From NCBI GenBank assembly GCA_002269645.1, contig NIVC01000056.1, positions 744,001 to 808,000 of the forward strand: a stretch of DNA of 64,000 bases, given 5' to 3'. Below are positions 29,401 through 40,229 of this stretch, piece by piece. The first letter of the stretch is position 1, and the number at the start of each line of letters is the position of its first letter. Below the pieces are notes generated by a model, which did not search any database, was not told the DNA's origin, and was given only the letters and a program-made list of their open reading frames with translations. Both the position numbers and the translations under genes were made by a program. This stretch comes from Macrostomum lignano. Taxonomy: Eukaryota.

Positions 29401-32400
29401 ATGTTCTGGAACCGGAGATGGGCACTTAAGAGTGTGATTCTCTATGAATCAATCTCTATTGAAAAGTCAATCTTCAGTTTCTGTTAGCACTCAGAATTTC
29501 GACCATGCATCCTGCCCTATACCGATGCATTATTAAAATAAAATATTCGGGCCCGGGTATTTTGTTCAAACGACAATCTGGCCATTGACAGACACTATAG
29601 GAACCAATTATAGGGGATATGAAACGACTCCTGGATACAGAGTTGAGACTTCACATTTAGACAGAGAATGAGTCAATAAAGAATTGTGTCAAATTTGAAG
29701 TCAATTGCTTTACGTGGAGCAAACTTATGGCAGCCGAAAGTTGGTCATTTTAAAACATATTTACCTTTTGCCCAGATTAGGAAAGAGAGGCAGGCGGGCG
29801 GAGGTTGGGGTGGCTGCCTCGCTAAAAAAGCAGCCTAACTTTAAAAGTGCACAGCGCCGTTCAGGATTAACTTTGAGACTTAAAATAGTTAAAGATTATT
29901 TGTGTCAAATTTGAAGACGATTGGTAAGTGGAGCGGCGGTATGGAGGATTTAGTGAAAAAATCGCGCATTTTGAGCAGCTTTTTGTACTTTTAGGAAGGA
30001 AGACTTGAGTCTAGGAAATTTAAAGGTAGCCTAAGACATTCTCCGTAGTAAGTTTAGGGTGGGTGTAAAGTTTGGTGTCATTTGGTTGAGCGGTTTGGGA
30101 GTCCATAGCGATCAAAATTGTCCACAGACAGACAGACACAGAGTTTTGATTTTTATATGTAGAGATATGAAACGCAAGGATCACTGTCAGATATAACAAA
30201 ACATAAAATCAAAGATCATATCATTTTTAGAGGCTCATTTCCTGGAAAAAATACACTGAAAACTACCGTTTTTTAATTAAACATGCATAACATGTTGCTC
30301 TGTTGAATTTTATATAGTTGCGCATTGAAAGTTTTATCTTCATATTGCCATGGTTAATTGGTAATTGACATTTAATTGGCTACTAAGATGCATTAGAATT
30401 GAACTATGCATACTGCAATGCGTTAACAGTACCGTCGATACTGTCCTGCGATTGGGGCATTGAATTGGATCCGTTATGGCTCAAATCTGGGTCAAGCATC
30501 ACAATGTACTTTGAGTCAAGCATAGAGATCGACTTTGGGTCAAGCATAGAAATCTACTTTGGGTCAAGCATAGGGATCTACTTTGGGTCAAGCATATAGA
30601 TCTACTTCGGGTCAAGCATAGAGATCTACTTTGGGTCAAGCATAGAGATCTACTTTGGGTCAAGCATAGAGATCGACTTTGGGTCAAGCATAGGGATCTA
30701 TTTTGTGTCAAGCATAGGGATCTACTTTGGGTCAAGCATAGGGATCTATTTTGGGTCAAGCATAGGGATCTACTTTGGGTCAAGCATAGGGATCTACTTT
30801 GGGTCAAGCATAGGGATCTATTTTGGGTCAAGCATAGGGATCTACTTTGGGTCAAGCATAGGGATCTACTTTGGGTCAAGCATATAGATCTACTTCGGGT
30901 CAAGCATAGAGATCTACTTTGGGTCAAGCATAGAGATCTATTTTGTGTCAAGCATAGGGATCTACTTTGGGTCAAGCATAGGGATCTATTTTGGGTCAAG
31001 CATAGGGATCTACTTTGGGTCAAGCATAGGGATCTACTTTGGGTCAAGCATATAGATCTACTTCGGGTCAAGCATAGAGATCTACTTTGGGTCAAGCATA
31101 GAGATCTACTTTGGGTCAAGCATAGAGATCTACTTTGGGTCAAGCATAGAAATCTACTTTGGGTCAAGCATAGGGATCTACTTTGGGTCAAGCATATAGA
31201 TCTACTTCGGGTCAAGCATAGAGATCTACTTTGGGTCAAGCATAGAGATCTACTTTGGGTCAAGCATAGAGATCGACTTTGGGTCAAGCATAGGGATCTA
31301 TTTTGTGTCAAGCATAGGGATCTACTTTGGGTCAAGCATAGGGATCTATTTTGGGTCAAGCATAGGGATCTACTTTGGGTCAAGCATAGGGATCTACTTT
31401 GGGTCAAGCATAGGGATCTATTTTGGGTCAAGCATAGGGATCTACTTTGGGTCAAGCATAGAGATCTACTTTGGGTCAAGCATATAGATCTACTTCGGGT
31501 CAAGCATAGAGATCTACTTTGGGTCAAGCATAGAGATCTATTTTGTGTCAAGCATAGGGATCTACTTTGGGTCAAGCATAGGGATCTATTTTGGGTCAAG
31601 CATAGGGATCTACTTTGGGTCAAGCATAGGGATCTACTTTGGGTCAAGCATATAGATCTACTTCGGGTCAAGCATAGAGATCTACTTTGGGTCAAGCATA
31701 GAGATCTACTTTGGGTCAAGCATAGAGATCTACTTTGGGTCAAGCATAGAGATCGACTTTGGGTCAAGCATAGGGATCTATTTTGTGTCAAGCATAGGGA
31801 TCTACTTTGGGTCAAGCATAGGGATCTATTTTGGGTCAAGCATAGGGATCTACTTTGGGTCAAGCATAGGGATCTACTTTGGGTCAAGCATAGAGATCTA
31901 ATTTGGGTCAAGCATAGAGATCTACTTTGTGTCAAGCAAAGGGATCTACTTTGTGTCAAGTATAGGGATCTACTTTGTGTCAAGCATAGTGATCTACTTT
32001 GTGTCAAGTATAGGGATCTACTTTGTGTCAAGCATAGGGATCTACTTTGGGTCAAGCATAGAGATCTACTTTGGGTCAAGCATAGAGATCTACTTTGGGT
32101 CAAGCATAGAGATCTACTTTGGGTCAAGCATAGAGATCGACTTTGGGTCAAGCATAGAGATCTACTTTGGGTCAAGCATAGAGATCGACTTTGGGTCAAG
32201 CATAGAGATCTACTTTGGGTCAAGCATAGAGATCGACTTTGGGTCAAGCATAGAAATCTACTTTGTGTCAAGCACAGGGATCTACTTTGTGTCAAGTATA
32301 GGGATCTACTTTTTCCCAGGAAATTGGCCTCCAAAAAACTACACGATCTTTGAGTTTAAGGTCCTACTATATTTACAGGGGTCCTTGATGAAACCAAGTA

Positions 32401-33329
32401 GTTCAGTCGTTTTACTGCTTAGCAAAAGAAGCGGCATAGTCTCTCTAAGAGCTACGCTATGAAAATTTTAATCTGCAGCATAATCACCTGCTCTTTTCAT
32501 CTCCAGATGTTCGCCCGCCTTCGACTGCGACAGCACTGTCGCCGCCGCCAGACAGCTGCAACGGCGGCGGCGAATTCCTACCATCGGATCGTTCGGATTC
32601 CGAGTGCTCTTCGCCGTGAATGACAGCCAATGGCAGGCGGAGCCGTTCGGAATAAGACGTAGCTCTCTGCATAGCTGCGGCATTCCTGGCTACAATGACT
32701 GCATTCCGATAGTCCGACACGTTACTGGTCACATACTGGATGAGGAAGGACGATGCGCGCAAATTATCAACTGGAACATTGTAGAAGCCTTGAATCTCTT
32801 TCTTATGCAAGTCGATTGTGATCATACGGTTCAAGCCTGTCCGGCAGAATAGCCTAGCCAATAAATGGCTAACAATCGAGCCTCGTTTGCGCATCTTACT
32901 CTGCTTACAGTAGGGCAGATAGGGCATTATAACATTAATAGTTCGAGCGTCAGAAGTTTTGCAGGCGTACATCATCACTAGCAGTTCCATAATGTCGTTA
33001 TTGACATTCTTAGTGCCAGTCTGTATAATGTAGACATCGCGACTGCGAACTGTCTCGTTAATCTCTACTCCAGTCTCATTGTTGCTCTTCGGACCAACTG
33101 ACACGCTGCCCAATGGCACGGATAGATATTTAGCAACTAGCTTAGCAAATTCCGGATGAGAATTGCCAGCTAGAAGTACCATGCCTTTGCTTGGCAAACT
33201 CTGAGCGATGCCCTCATTCATGACTAACAATTTATTGGCTTTCTCTTCTTTGCTGTTAACAGACTGGACTGCTGCTTCGCTCAATAAGGGTTCGCGACTG
33301 GGCTGAGTTGGCGGTGTTGAAGAGTCGGA
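26425..33329 (-). CDS. PRPSAP: Phosphoribosyl pyrophosphate synthase-associated protein
   Basis: Exon 33329-32488 (acceptor TTTTCCAG, donor AG|GTGATT, phase 2) splices in frame to exon 26836-26425 (acceptor TTTTTGTCAAG). PRPSAP-specific motifs [27 protein letters not shown] insert, [32 protein letters not shown]. First ATG is MNEG. Confidence 0.92.
27398..28018 (+). mobile_element. Internally deleted Tc1-family (DD34E) transposon, ~620 bp
   Basis: TIRs TACTCAGCAACAGTCAAAAGTTCCACCC and its near-perfect inverse, flanked by TA on both sides. Residual transposase DNAPPHQA...[18 protein letters not shown] has 34 residues between the D and the E. Confidence 0.9.
28640..28750 (+). mobile_element. 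Diverged fragment related to the SINE family A internal module
   Basis: GAGGGCCAACCTCCAAGTCACAGTGAGTGTTACATGCCTG...CAGGGCCGCTGTACTTTCCTGTGTGAGTGTGTG aligns with 9214-9300. Confidence 0.7.
28940..30168 (+). mobile_element. Possible non-autonomous Helentron/DINE-like remnant
   Basis: 3' end has an ACAG microsatellite followed by TTTTATATGTAGAGAT, a layout reminiscent of HINE/DINE-like elements. Boundaries are uncertain. Confidence 0.25.
30490..32310 (+). repeat. 24-bp minisatellite GGGTCAAGCATAGAGATCTACTTT (PRPSAP intron)
   Basis: About 75 units with higher-order block duplication; same family as 35510-36215. Confidence 0.97.
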
Positions 33330-33589
33330 CTGGAAAATATTAACAAAAATGCTTTTAATTTAATTAAGCTATTAAATAAAGCCGGGCAATTCCAAGAAAT
33401 GTGATAACTGACTGTAAGGCGATTTCTAGAAACCTATTACCAAGCCGAATTTTTGAAATGCGATTAACAATGTGTCGTAGATACAAGATGGATTAGGTTT
33501 AGTAAAGAGAAGCTATTTTATAAAGCAATTGTAGAAATTGGGTTAAAGTAATCCTTTGAAATGGACTGGGCGATTTTTTGAAAAAATGG

Positions 33590-33890
33590 AAAAGATTCTT
33601 AGAAATGAGATTCTAAGAAATATGAGATTCTTAGAAACTAGCTTCTAAGAAATGAGAAACTGCGAAATGGGATTCCTAGAAATGAGATTCTAAGAAATAT
33701 GAGATTCTTAGAAACTAGCTTCTGAGAAATGAGAAACTGCGAAATGGGATTCCTAGAAATGAGATTCTAAGAAATAAAAGTCGTACAATGGAATTTTAAG
33801 AAATGAGATTCTTAGAAATAAGATGCTTAGAATATAGATTCTTAGAAAAGAAATTTTTATAAATGGGATTCTTAGAAATGACGCATAGGA
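33590..33890 (+). repeat. Degenerate GATTCTTAGAAATGA repeat
   Basis: AT-rich tandem units between the copine stop and the PRPSAP acceptor. Confidence 0.8.
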
Positions 33891-34494
33891 TTGGGTAACA
33901 CTTAGCTTTAAAACAAAAAGACTAACACAGTTCTTGAAAATATTTTATTTGTTATTTAGAAATCTTACTAGAACTTTTTTTAAAAATTGAGTACAACATC
34001 TGGTTACTATGAGTACCACTACTGGAATATTATAGTTATACATTTAAGGAGTAAAGTTAATTATAACGAATGTAACCATAAAATTGGAAATATTTTTATT
34101 GCAGTAAAATATTGCAGAATCTTCAGATAAAATACAATATATAAGTTTACGATTCACAATACATATATATAGAAATGAAAAATGAATAATTGTAAAAAAG
34201 AGGAACTAAAATGAGGAACTAAAGCATCACATCAAATAAACTGCTATAAAACACAACCATATACCACAGAAGGAATTATAAATGGCTTGTAACGGAGCAA
34301 AAAGGTCGCAGCTGGTCATTATTTATGTAGGGAACAATAAAAAGCTTACTACAAAACATATATCCTATTTTATTCTTGTGATAATACGAGTATCATTAAC
34401 AATTGCAAGAAAACTTTACTGATATTGAGAATTAAAACTAAAATTAAAGGAAAAAAATCTTTCTAAAATCTAGATACCTTTATGGTCGATTTTA

Positions 34495-34690
34495 TAGGCG
34501 ATAATCTAGGGGGATTCCCAGAAGAGGCGATAATCTAGGGGGATTCCCAGAAGAGGCGATAATCTAGGGGGATTCCCAGAGTAGGCGATAATCTAGGGGG
34601 ATTCCCAGAGTAGGCGATAATCTAGGGGGTTCCCAGAGTAGGCGATAATCTAGGGGGATTCCCAGAAGAGGCGATAATCTAGGGCGATTC
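34495..34690 (+). repeat. ~28-bp minisatellite GGCGATAATCTAGGGGGATTCCCAGA(A/G)
   Basis: Tandem units; continues in degenerate form after the SINE (35065-35150). Confidence 0.88.
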
Positions 34691-34692
34691 TC

Positions 34693-35064
34693 GGAGGGGG
34701 CCGTAGCCCAGCGGTCTAGCACAGGCTCTGGTGTGCCAGCGACCCAGGCTCGATTCCAAGTGCAGTCACATTAATTTGGGGCTGAATTGGAATCTCGGCT
34801 TGGCTCTGCTCGTGCAATTAACGGCCTTGAAAGCCAACCCCCCAAGGCGCAGTGAAGTGTACATGTCTAACCATAAATTAAAGTTAGGGCCGCTGTACAC
34901 TCCTGTGTGAGTGTGTGCCTGCGTACTTATCCGCGCGCTTGTATGCCTGCTCAGGGGAGTCGGCGGAATGGGCAGTAATGCCTCTCGCCGGTTGTGTGCC
35001 TATGTCGCTTAAAGTGCGCCAGGGTGCACACAACCCCCCTGCCTCTAATAAAAAATAAATAAAT
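34693..35064 (+). mobile_element. tRNA-derived SINE, family A, copy 2
   Basis: Highly similar to 9080-9442. Perfect 13-bp TSD TAGGGCGATTCTC at 34680-34692 and 35065-35077. Confidence 0.9.
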
Positions 35065-35192
35065 AGGGCGATTCTCATACTAGGCGATAATCTGGGGCGA
35101 TTCTCATATTCGGCGATAATCTAGGGCGATTCTCATAGGCGATTTTCAAGGGCGACACTACCGCAAAAGTTGCTACCTGGCTAATGTCAAAC

Positions 35193-38100
35193 TCAACCGC
35201 TCGCAGGTTTCAGATAGCCCTGCCGAACAATAGACTTGTACTGGTCGGGTATTTCCATCAGGCAATGCAGCGCCAGCGACTGGTCGGCATTCTTAGCCTT
35301 GGCCGTCACCCGGTGATAGTCCACAAATTGAAAGTTGTCAAATTTCCGACGAATCAAACTGTCGTCGAATTCGCACATGTCATGGAACGGACCGTCGCCA
35401 ACTCCAATTACCACTATGCTCAGCGGGTGGTCCGAGGCGTCCACGATTGCGTCGATACTGTCCTGCGATTGGGGGCATTGGATTGGGTCCGTTATTGGTC
35501 AAATCTGGGTCAAGCAGAGACCTACTTTGGGTGAAGTTTAGTAAAATCTACTTTGGGTCTAGATTTCAAAAGAATTCAGTATGGGTCATTACTTTGAGTC
35601 ACGCAGAGAGATCTACTTTGGGTCAAGCCTAGGGTTCTACTTTGGGTCAAGTATAGAGATCTCATTTGGGTCAAGTATAGAAATCTCCTTTGGGTCAAGC
35701 ATAGAGATCTAATTTGGGTCAAGCATAGAGATCTAATTTGGGTCAAGCATAGAGATCTACTTTGGGTCAAGCATAGAGATCTACTCTGGGTTAAGCATAG
35801 ATATCTACACTGGGTCAAGCATAGAGACCTATTTTGGGTCATGCATTGGGATTTACACTGTGTCAAGAATACAGATCGACGCTGGGTCAAGCATAGAGAT
35901 CTCCTTTGGGTCAAGCATAGAGATCTACACTGGGTCAAGCATAGAGATCTACTATGGGTCAAGCATAGAAATCTACACTGGGTCAAGCATAGAGTTCTCC
36001 TTTGGGTCAAGCATAGAGATCTACTTTAGGTCAAGCATAGAGATCTACTTTGGGTCAAGCATAGAGATCTACACTGGGTCAAGCATAGAGATCTATTTTG
36101 GGTCAAGCATTGGGATTTACACTGTGTCAAGCATAGAGATCTACTCTGGGTCAAGCATAGAGATCTACACTGTGTCAAGCATAGAGATCTACTCTGGGTC
36201 AAGCATAGAGATCTAATCTGTGGACATGAAGTACCTGTGGATTGCCGCTTAACTGCCCGTCAGTGATAATGACCAGCACGTGATAGTCACCGCCAGACTG
36301 ACGCACTAGATCAACGCTGCGCCTTATAACGCCTGCTAAGTCGGTGGGCCCGCCCAATGGCAGACTGCAGGCCAGCTTATTATAGGCGGTTAGCAGTTCC
36401 CGCAGATTACGGAATTGCGACCGATTAGCAAACTGGGCGATGCCGCATTCGCTAGCCAGATTGAACACGGAGGAAGTCGGAGCGTCTGGTGACGTTGCGT
36501 CGTGGCCAAAGCCGAGACCGTAGATTCCCGCCCCGGGCGGCACAAATGCTGACAGAGTCTGATCAAGGACGCTGATCACTCTCTGATAGGGATTCCATTG
36601 TTTGCTCACTGACGAGCCCAGAATGCCAGACACCGCCGTGGTTGTTATCTGTGCGGAGATTAACGGGCAGTCAACAGTCAGTATAGGGAGTATAGACCCT
36701 CCCAGATAGCTCTAGAGTTGCTGGACCAGCTTCCCGGATCCTCAGTTGCTGGGCCAGCCTCCTGGATCCTCAGTTGCTGGGCCAGCCTCCCGGATCCTCA
36801 GTTGCTGGGCCAGCCTCCCGGATCCTCAGTTGCTGGGCCAGCCTCCCGGATCCTCAGTTGCTGGGCCAGCCTCCCGGATCCTCAGTTGCTGGACCAGCCT
36901 CCCGGATCCTCAGTTGCTGGGCCAGCCTCCCGGATCCTGAGTTGCTGGGCCAGCTTCCCAGATCCTCAGTAGCTGGGCTAGCTCCAGGTCCTCAGTAGCT
37001 GGGCCAGCCTCTCAGATCCTCAGTAGCTGGGCCAGCCTCCCAGATCCCCAATTGCTGGGCCAGCCTCTCAGATCCTCAGTAGCTGGGCCAGCCTCTCAGA
37101 TCCTCAGTAGCTGGGCCAGCCTCCCAGATCCCCAATTGCTGGGCCAGCCTCTCAGATCCTCAGTAGCTGGGCCAGCCTCCCAGATCCCCAATTGCTGGGC
37201 CAGCCTCTCAGATCCTCAGTAGCTGGGCCAGCCTCCCAGATCCCCAATTGCTGGGCCAGCCTCTCAGATCCTCAGTAGCTGGGCCAGCCTCCCAGATCCC
37301 CAATTGCTGGGCCAGCCTCTCAGATCCTCAGTAGCTGGGCCAGCCTCCCAGATCCCCAATTGCTGGGCCAGCCTCTCAGATCCTCAGTTGCTGGGCCAGC
37401 CTCCCAGATCCTCAGTAGCTGGGCCAGCCTCTCAGATCCTCAGTAGCTGGACCAGCCTCCCAGATCCTCAGTTGCTGGGCCAGCCTCAGTTGTTGATTGA
37501 TTTTCACCAAAAATAAATACCAAACCGCGGAAAATTTTAACCTAAACTAACCGCCTAATGATTTGAAAAACTAGCCCATTTAATCTTTTGGATTAAAAAA
37601 ATTAGCATCTATTAATCAGGCGAAACAATTAGTACTGGTAAAGTGACAAAACAGAAGCGCCGTTAATTAGCACTTAGTTGATTAAATATTAACGCTAACA
37701 AACCTTGAATCGTTCCCTGGATTATAAATTGGCAAGCATTTCAAATAAATTGAATTAATTTTTTATTGAACAATTATTTGGAAAATAGTTTATAAAAGGC
37801 TAATTCGAAAGTGAAGCAGTTTATCGAAATCTGGAAGTTTCCATCTATCATCGTCAAAAAAGCAGTGCGCAATGTCCAATCCTATACTCTTTTGCATTCT
37901 AACTGTTGTTAATTTAGTCTTGACCAACAATACGCTACTAGTTGGAGCTGCCTGTCCGGCTCCCTATCAACTAGAGGCTGCTAAATGCGTTTTCGCTAAC
38001 ACGGAGAATGGTTACACCTGGTGCGAGGCGAATCAACAATGCGCACTAATTGGCGGCGAGCTTGTTAACTCGTACAGTTCGTTGAAGTTAATCAGCAGCA

Positions 38101-39924
38101 TGCCAAGCCTGAGCTGCGACTGCAATCTATGGCTGGGACTGACCGATCTGGCTGACGAAAGAGTTAGCAACAGATCCGGCTGGCAGCGAGTTAACGATAA
38201 CGGAATTTTACCACTGGACGATTCGCTGTGGTTAAATGGATGGTCAGTTTCTGGGGGCATGGACTGCGTGGGAAAGCTATATAACGATCAAAATAAGCTT
38301 GCACCCGAATGGTGCGTCACAAGGAACGGTTTCGCCTGCGAATACTTGGACCCAGCTACACAGAGCGGCAGACCAATTGCTGAGAATATCTGGAGGAAAA
38401 CTGCCTTTAAAAGAACGTATTTTAATCATAAAAATAAGTATTGCAACACCGAACTGCAGCAGGTGAAGAACTCTGTACATTGCGTCGCTGCCGCTATGCG
38501 TGCTGGCAACTGCAGACACGTGCTGTACAACAGCAAGCTGAAAGTCTGTCGCCTGCTGCTATTCACCGATGCTCAGGTGGAGGAGGAGATCGAGACGAGT
38601 GCCGACTGGGTCAAGTTCAGCCTCTATTGATCTTTCACAGTACTGCTCTGGGCCATAGACTATAAAGCCAATAAAACTAATAAAAAGCCAAGCTCTGACA
38701 GAAAACAATGCAACGCAACGCGTGTTCGCCAAAGTTTTGACAATTTTTAATCCGTCAATCTAGTTTTCTGTCCTGTCCTGATCTGACCTGTTTTCTGTTT
38801 CCGGAAAATCCAAAGTTTGGATTCTAAACTGTTTTCTCTTTAGCTTAAAAAATTTAAGATACTTGATTGGCCTATTCGAATTATCTGCTATATTTTATTT
38901 AAATATAGCTATATGATTGTTTCCCTTCTATCTTTGTTAAATCTAAAAATCGAATTTTTCTCGCGCAACGAACAACACGGTGAATTTTATCTCATGAACT
39001 CAACTGAGAATCATCACCTCAGGACTCAACTGAGAATCATCACCTCAGGACTCAACTGAGAATCATCACCTCAGGACTCAACTGAGAATCATCACCTCAG
39101 GACTCAACTGAGAATCATCACCCCAGGACTCAACTGAGAATCATCACCTCAGAACTCAACTGAGAATCATCACCTCAGAACTCAACTGAGAATCATCACC
39201 CCAGGACTCAGCTGAGAATCATCACCTCAGGACTCAACTGAGAATCATCACCCCAGGACTCAACTGAGAATCATCACCCCAGGACTCAACTGAGAATCAT
39301 CACCTCAGAACTCAACTGAGAATCGAGCCAGCAGACTCCAACACTCACCTTATGCAACGGTTTCCCGTGAAAAGTCCGTCTACCCTGCCATTCGTTAGAC
39401 GCCGAAAAGTCCACAGCAACAATCATATTAAAGGAGTCCAACTGAGTAGCTTTGCAAGCTTCCACAATCTCCTGGAAGGTGCTAAACCGATCCGTGATGG
39501 CTTGAAACTGTAAAAAGTCGTCGCAGGTGACGCCCAGAGTGGAGAACAAAGCATTATCTGGACGCAATCGTCTATCACTGATCGTTGATTGATTTCTACG
39601 ATTAACGCTTCGATTAGACCGGCTGGTTTCAGCCTTCTTCTCCTGTTTAGGGTCATAGCTCCAATAGAGCAGTACTAGGCCAACAACTGCCGCTAAATAA
39701 GTCGCCAAACTCCACGCTGACGATAATTTCAATACAGCCGCACTAATAGCCGCAATGCAAGCGGCTTGCCAAACTAATTTCATTCTAGTGGAACTGCTAT
39801 TAAATAAGTTATTGTCGCTAATATGGCCAAGATTTGGAATGGACACCGTTGATTGTTGTTTTTCTGTAGCTGTTTCGGTAGACAACAGATCAGCATGATC
39901 GTCAGCAGCGTTGACAGTTGTCAT
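35193..39924 (-). CDS. Copine-family vWA protein with N-terminal transmembrane segment, no C2 domains (~419 aa)
   Basis: Exons 39924-39349, 36648-36235, 35462-35193, all phase 0, GT-AG. Motifs NMIVAVDFSASNEWQG, GPTDLAGVI, YHVLVIITDG, AIVDASDHPLSIVVIGVGDGPF, RKFDNFQFV, LMEIPDQY. Confidence 0.88.
35510..36215 (+). repeat. 24-bp minisatellite GGGTCAAGCATAGAGATCTAC(A/T)(C/T)T (copine intron 2)
   Basis: Same family as 30490-32310 but more diverged internally. Confidence 0.95.
36715..37490 (+). repeat. 28-bp minisatellite GTTGCTGGGCCAGCCTCCCGGATCCTCA
   Basis: Tandem units in copine intron 1. Confidence 0.95.
37872..38630 (+). CDS. Secreted C-type lectin plus PAN/Apple-like domain protein, single exon, nested antisense in copine intron 1
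   Basis: 252-aa ATG-TGA ORF with a signal-peptide-like N-terminus. CTL motifs YTWCEANQQC...GGELV, LWLGLTD, MDC...WC...GFACEY. C-terminal Cys pattern HCVAAAMRAGNCRHVLYNSKLKVCRL. Confidence 0.85.
   Translation: MSNPILFCILTVVNLVLTNNTLLVGAACPAPYQLEAAKCVFANTENGYTWCEANQQCALIGGELVNSYSSLKLISSMPSLSCDCNLWLGLTDLADERVSNRSGWQRVNDNGILPLDDSLWLNGWSVSGGMDCVGKLYNDQNKLAPEWCVTRNGFACEYLDPATQSGRPIAENIWRKTAFKRTYFNHKNKYCNTELQQVKNSVHCVAAAMRAGNCRHVLYNSKLKVCRLLLFTDAQVEEEIETSADWVKFSLY
38995..39322 (+). repeat. 26-bp minisatellite AACTGAGAATCATCACCTCAGGACTC
   Basis: Starts ~25 bp inside copine intron 1. Confidence 0.95.
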
Positions 39925-40229
39925 TATCGGAGCTGATGGATATTTTTGATTAACTGAAAAAAAAGTTTTTTTTTAAAATTAGCTAGTTAGTTTTAGTAAT
40001 GAAATAACAACAAATTCAATAATTAGTTCCGTAGGAACTTTAATAAACAACAAGACTCCATTATATAGTTATTAACACAGCACCTCTTCAGCAAAAAGAA
40101 TTTTTGTAGCTATCGCGCAAAAATTCAGGGAATTTTACGCTCTCATAGCTTGGCTATCATCTTTTTGCGTTTAATTTTCCACTAGGAGCAATAATAAAGA
40201 TTCAATTTTGACATGGATCTCTATATATC

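Noticed and set aside
30499-32334. 611-aa [11 protein letters not shown]
   Set aside because: 24-bp array inside the PRPSAP intron, bounded by good splice sites.
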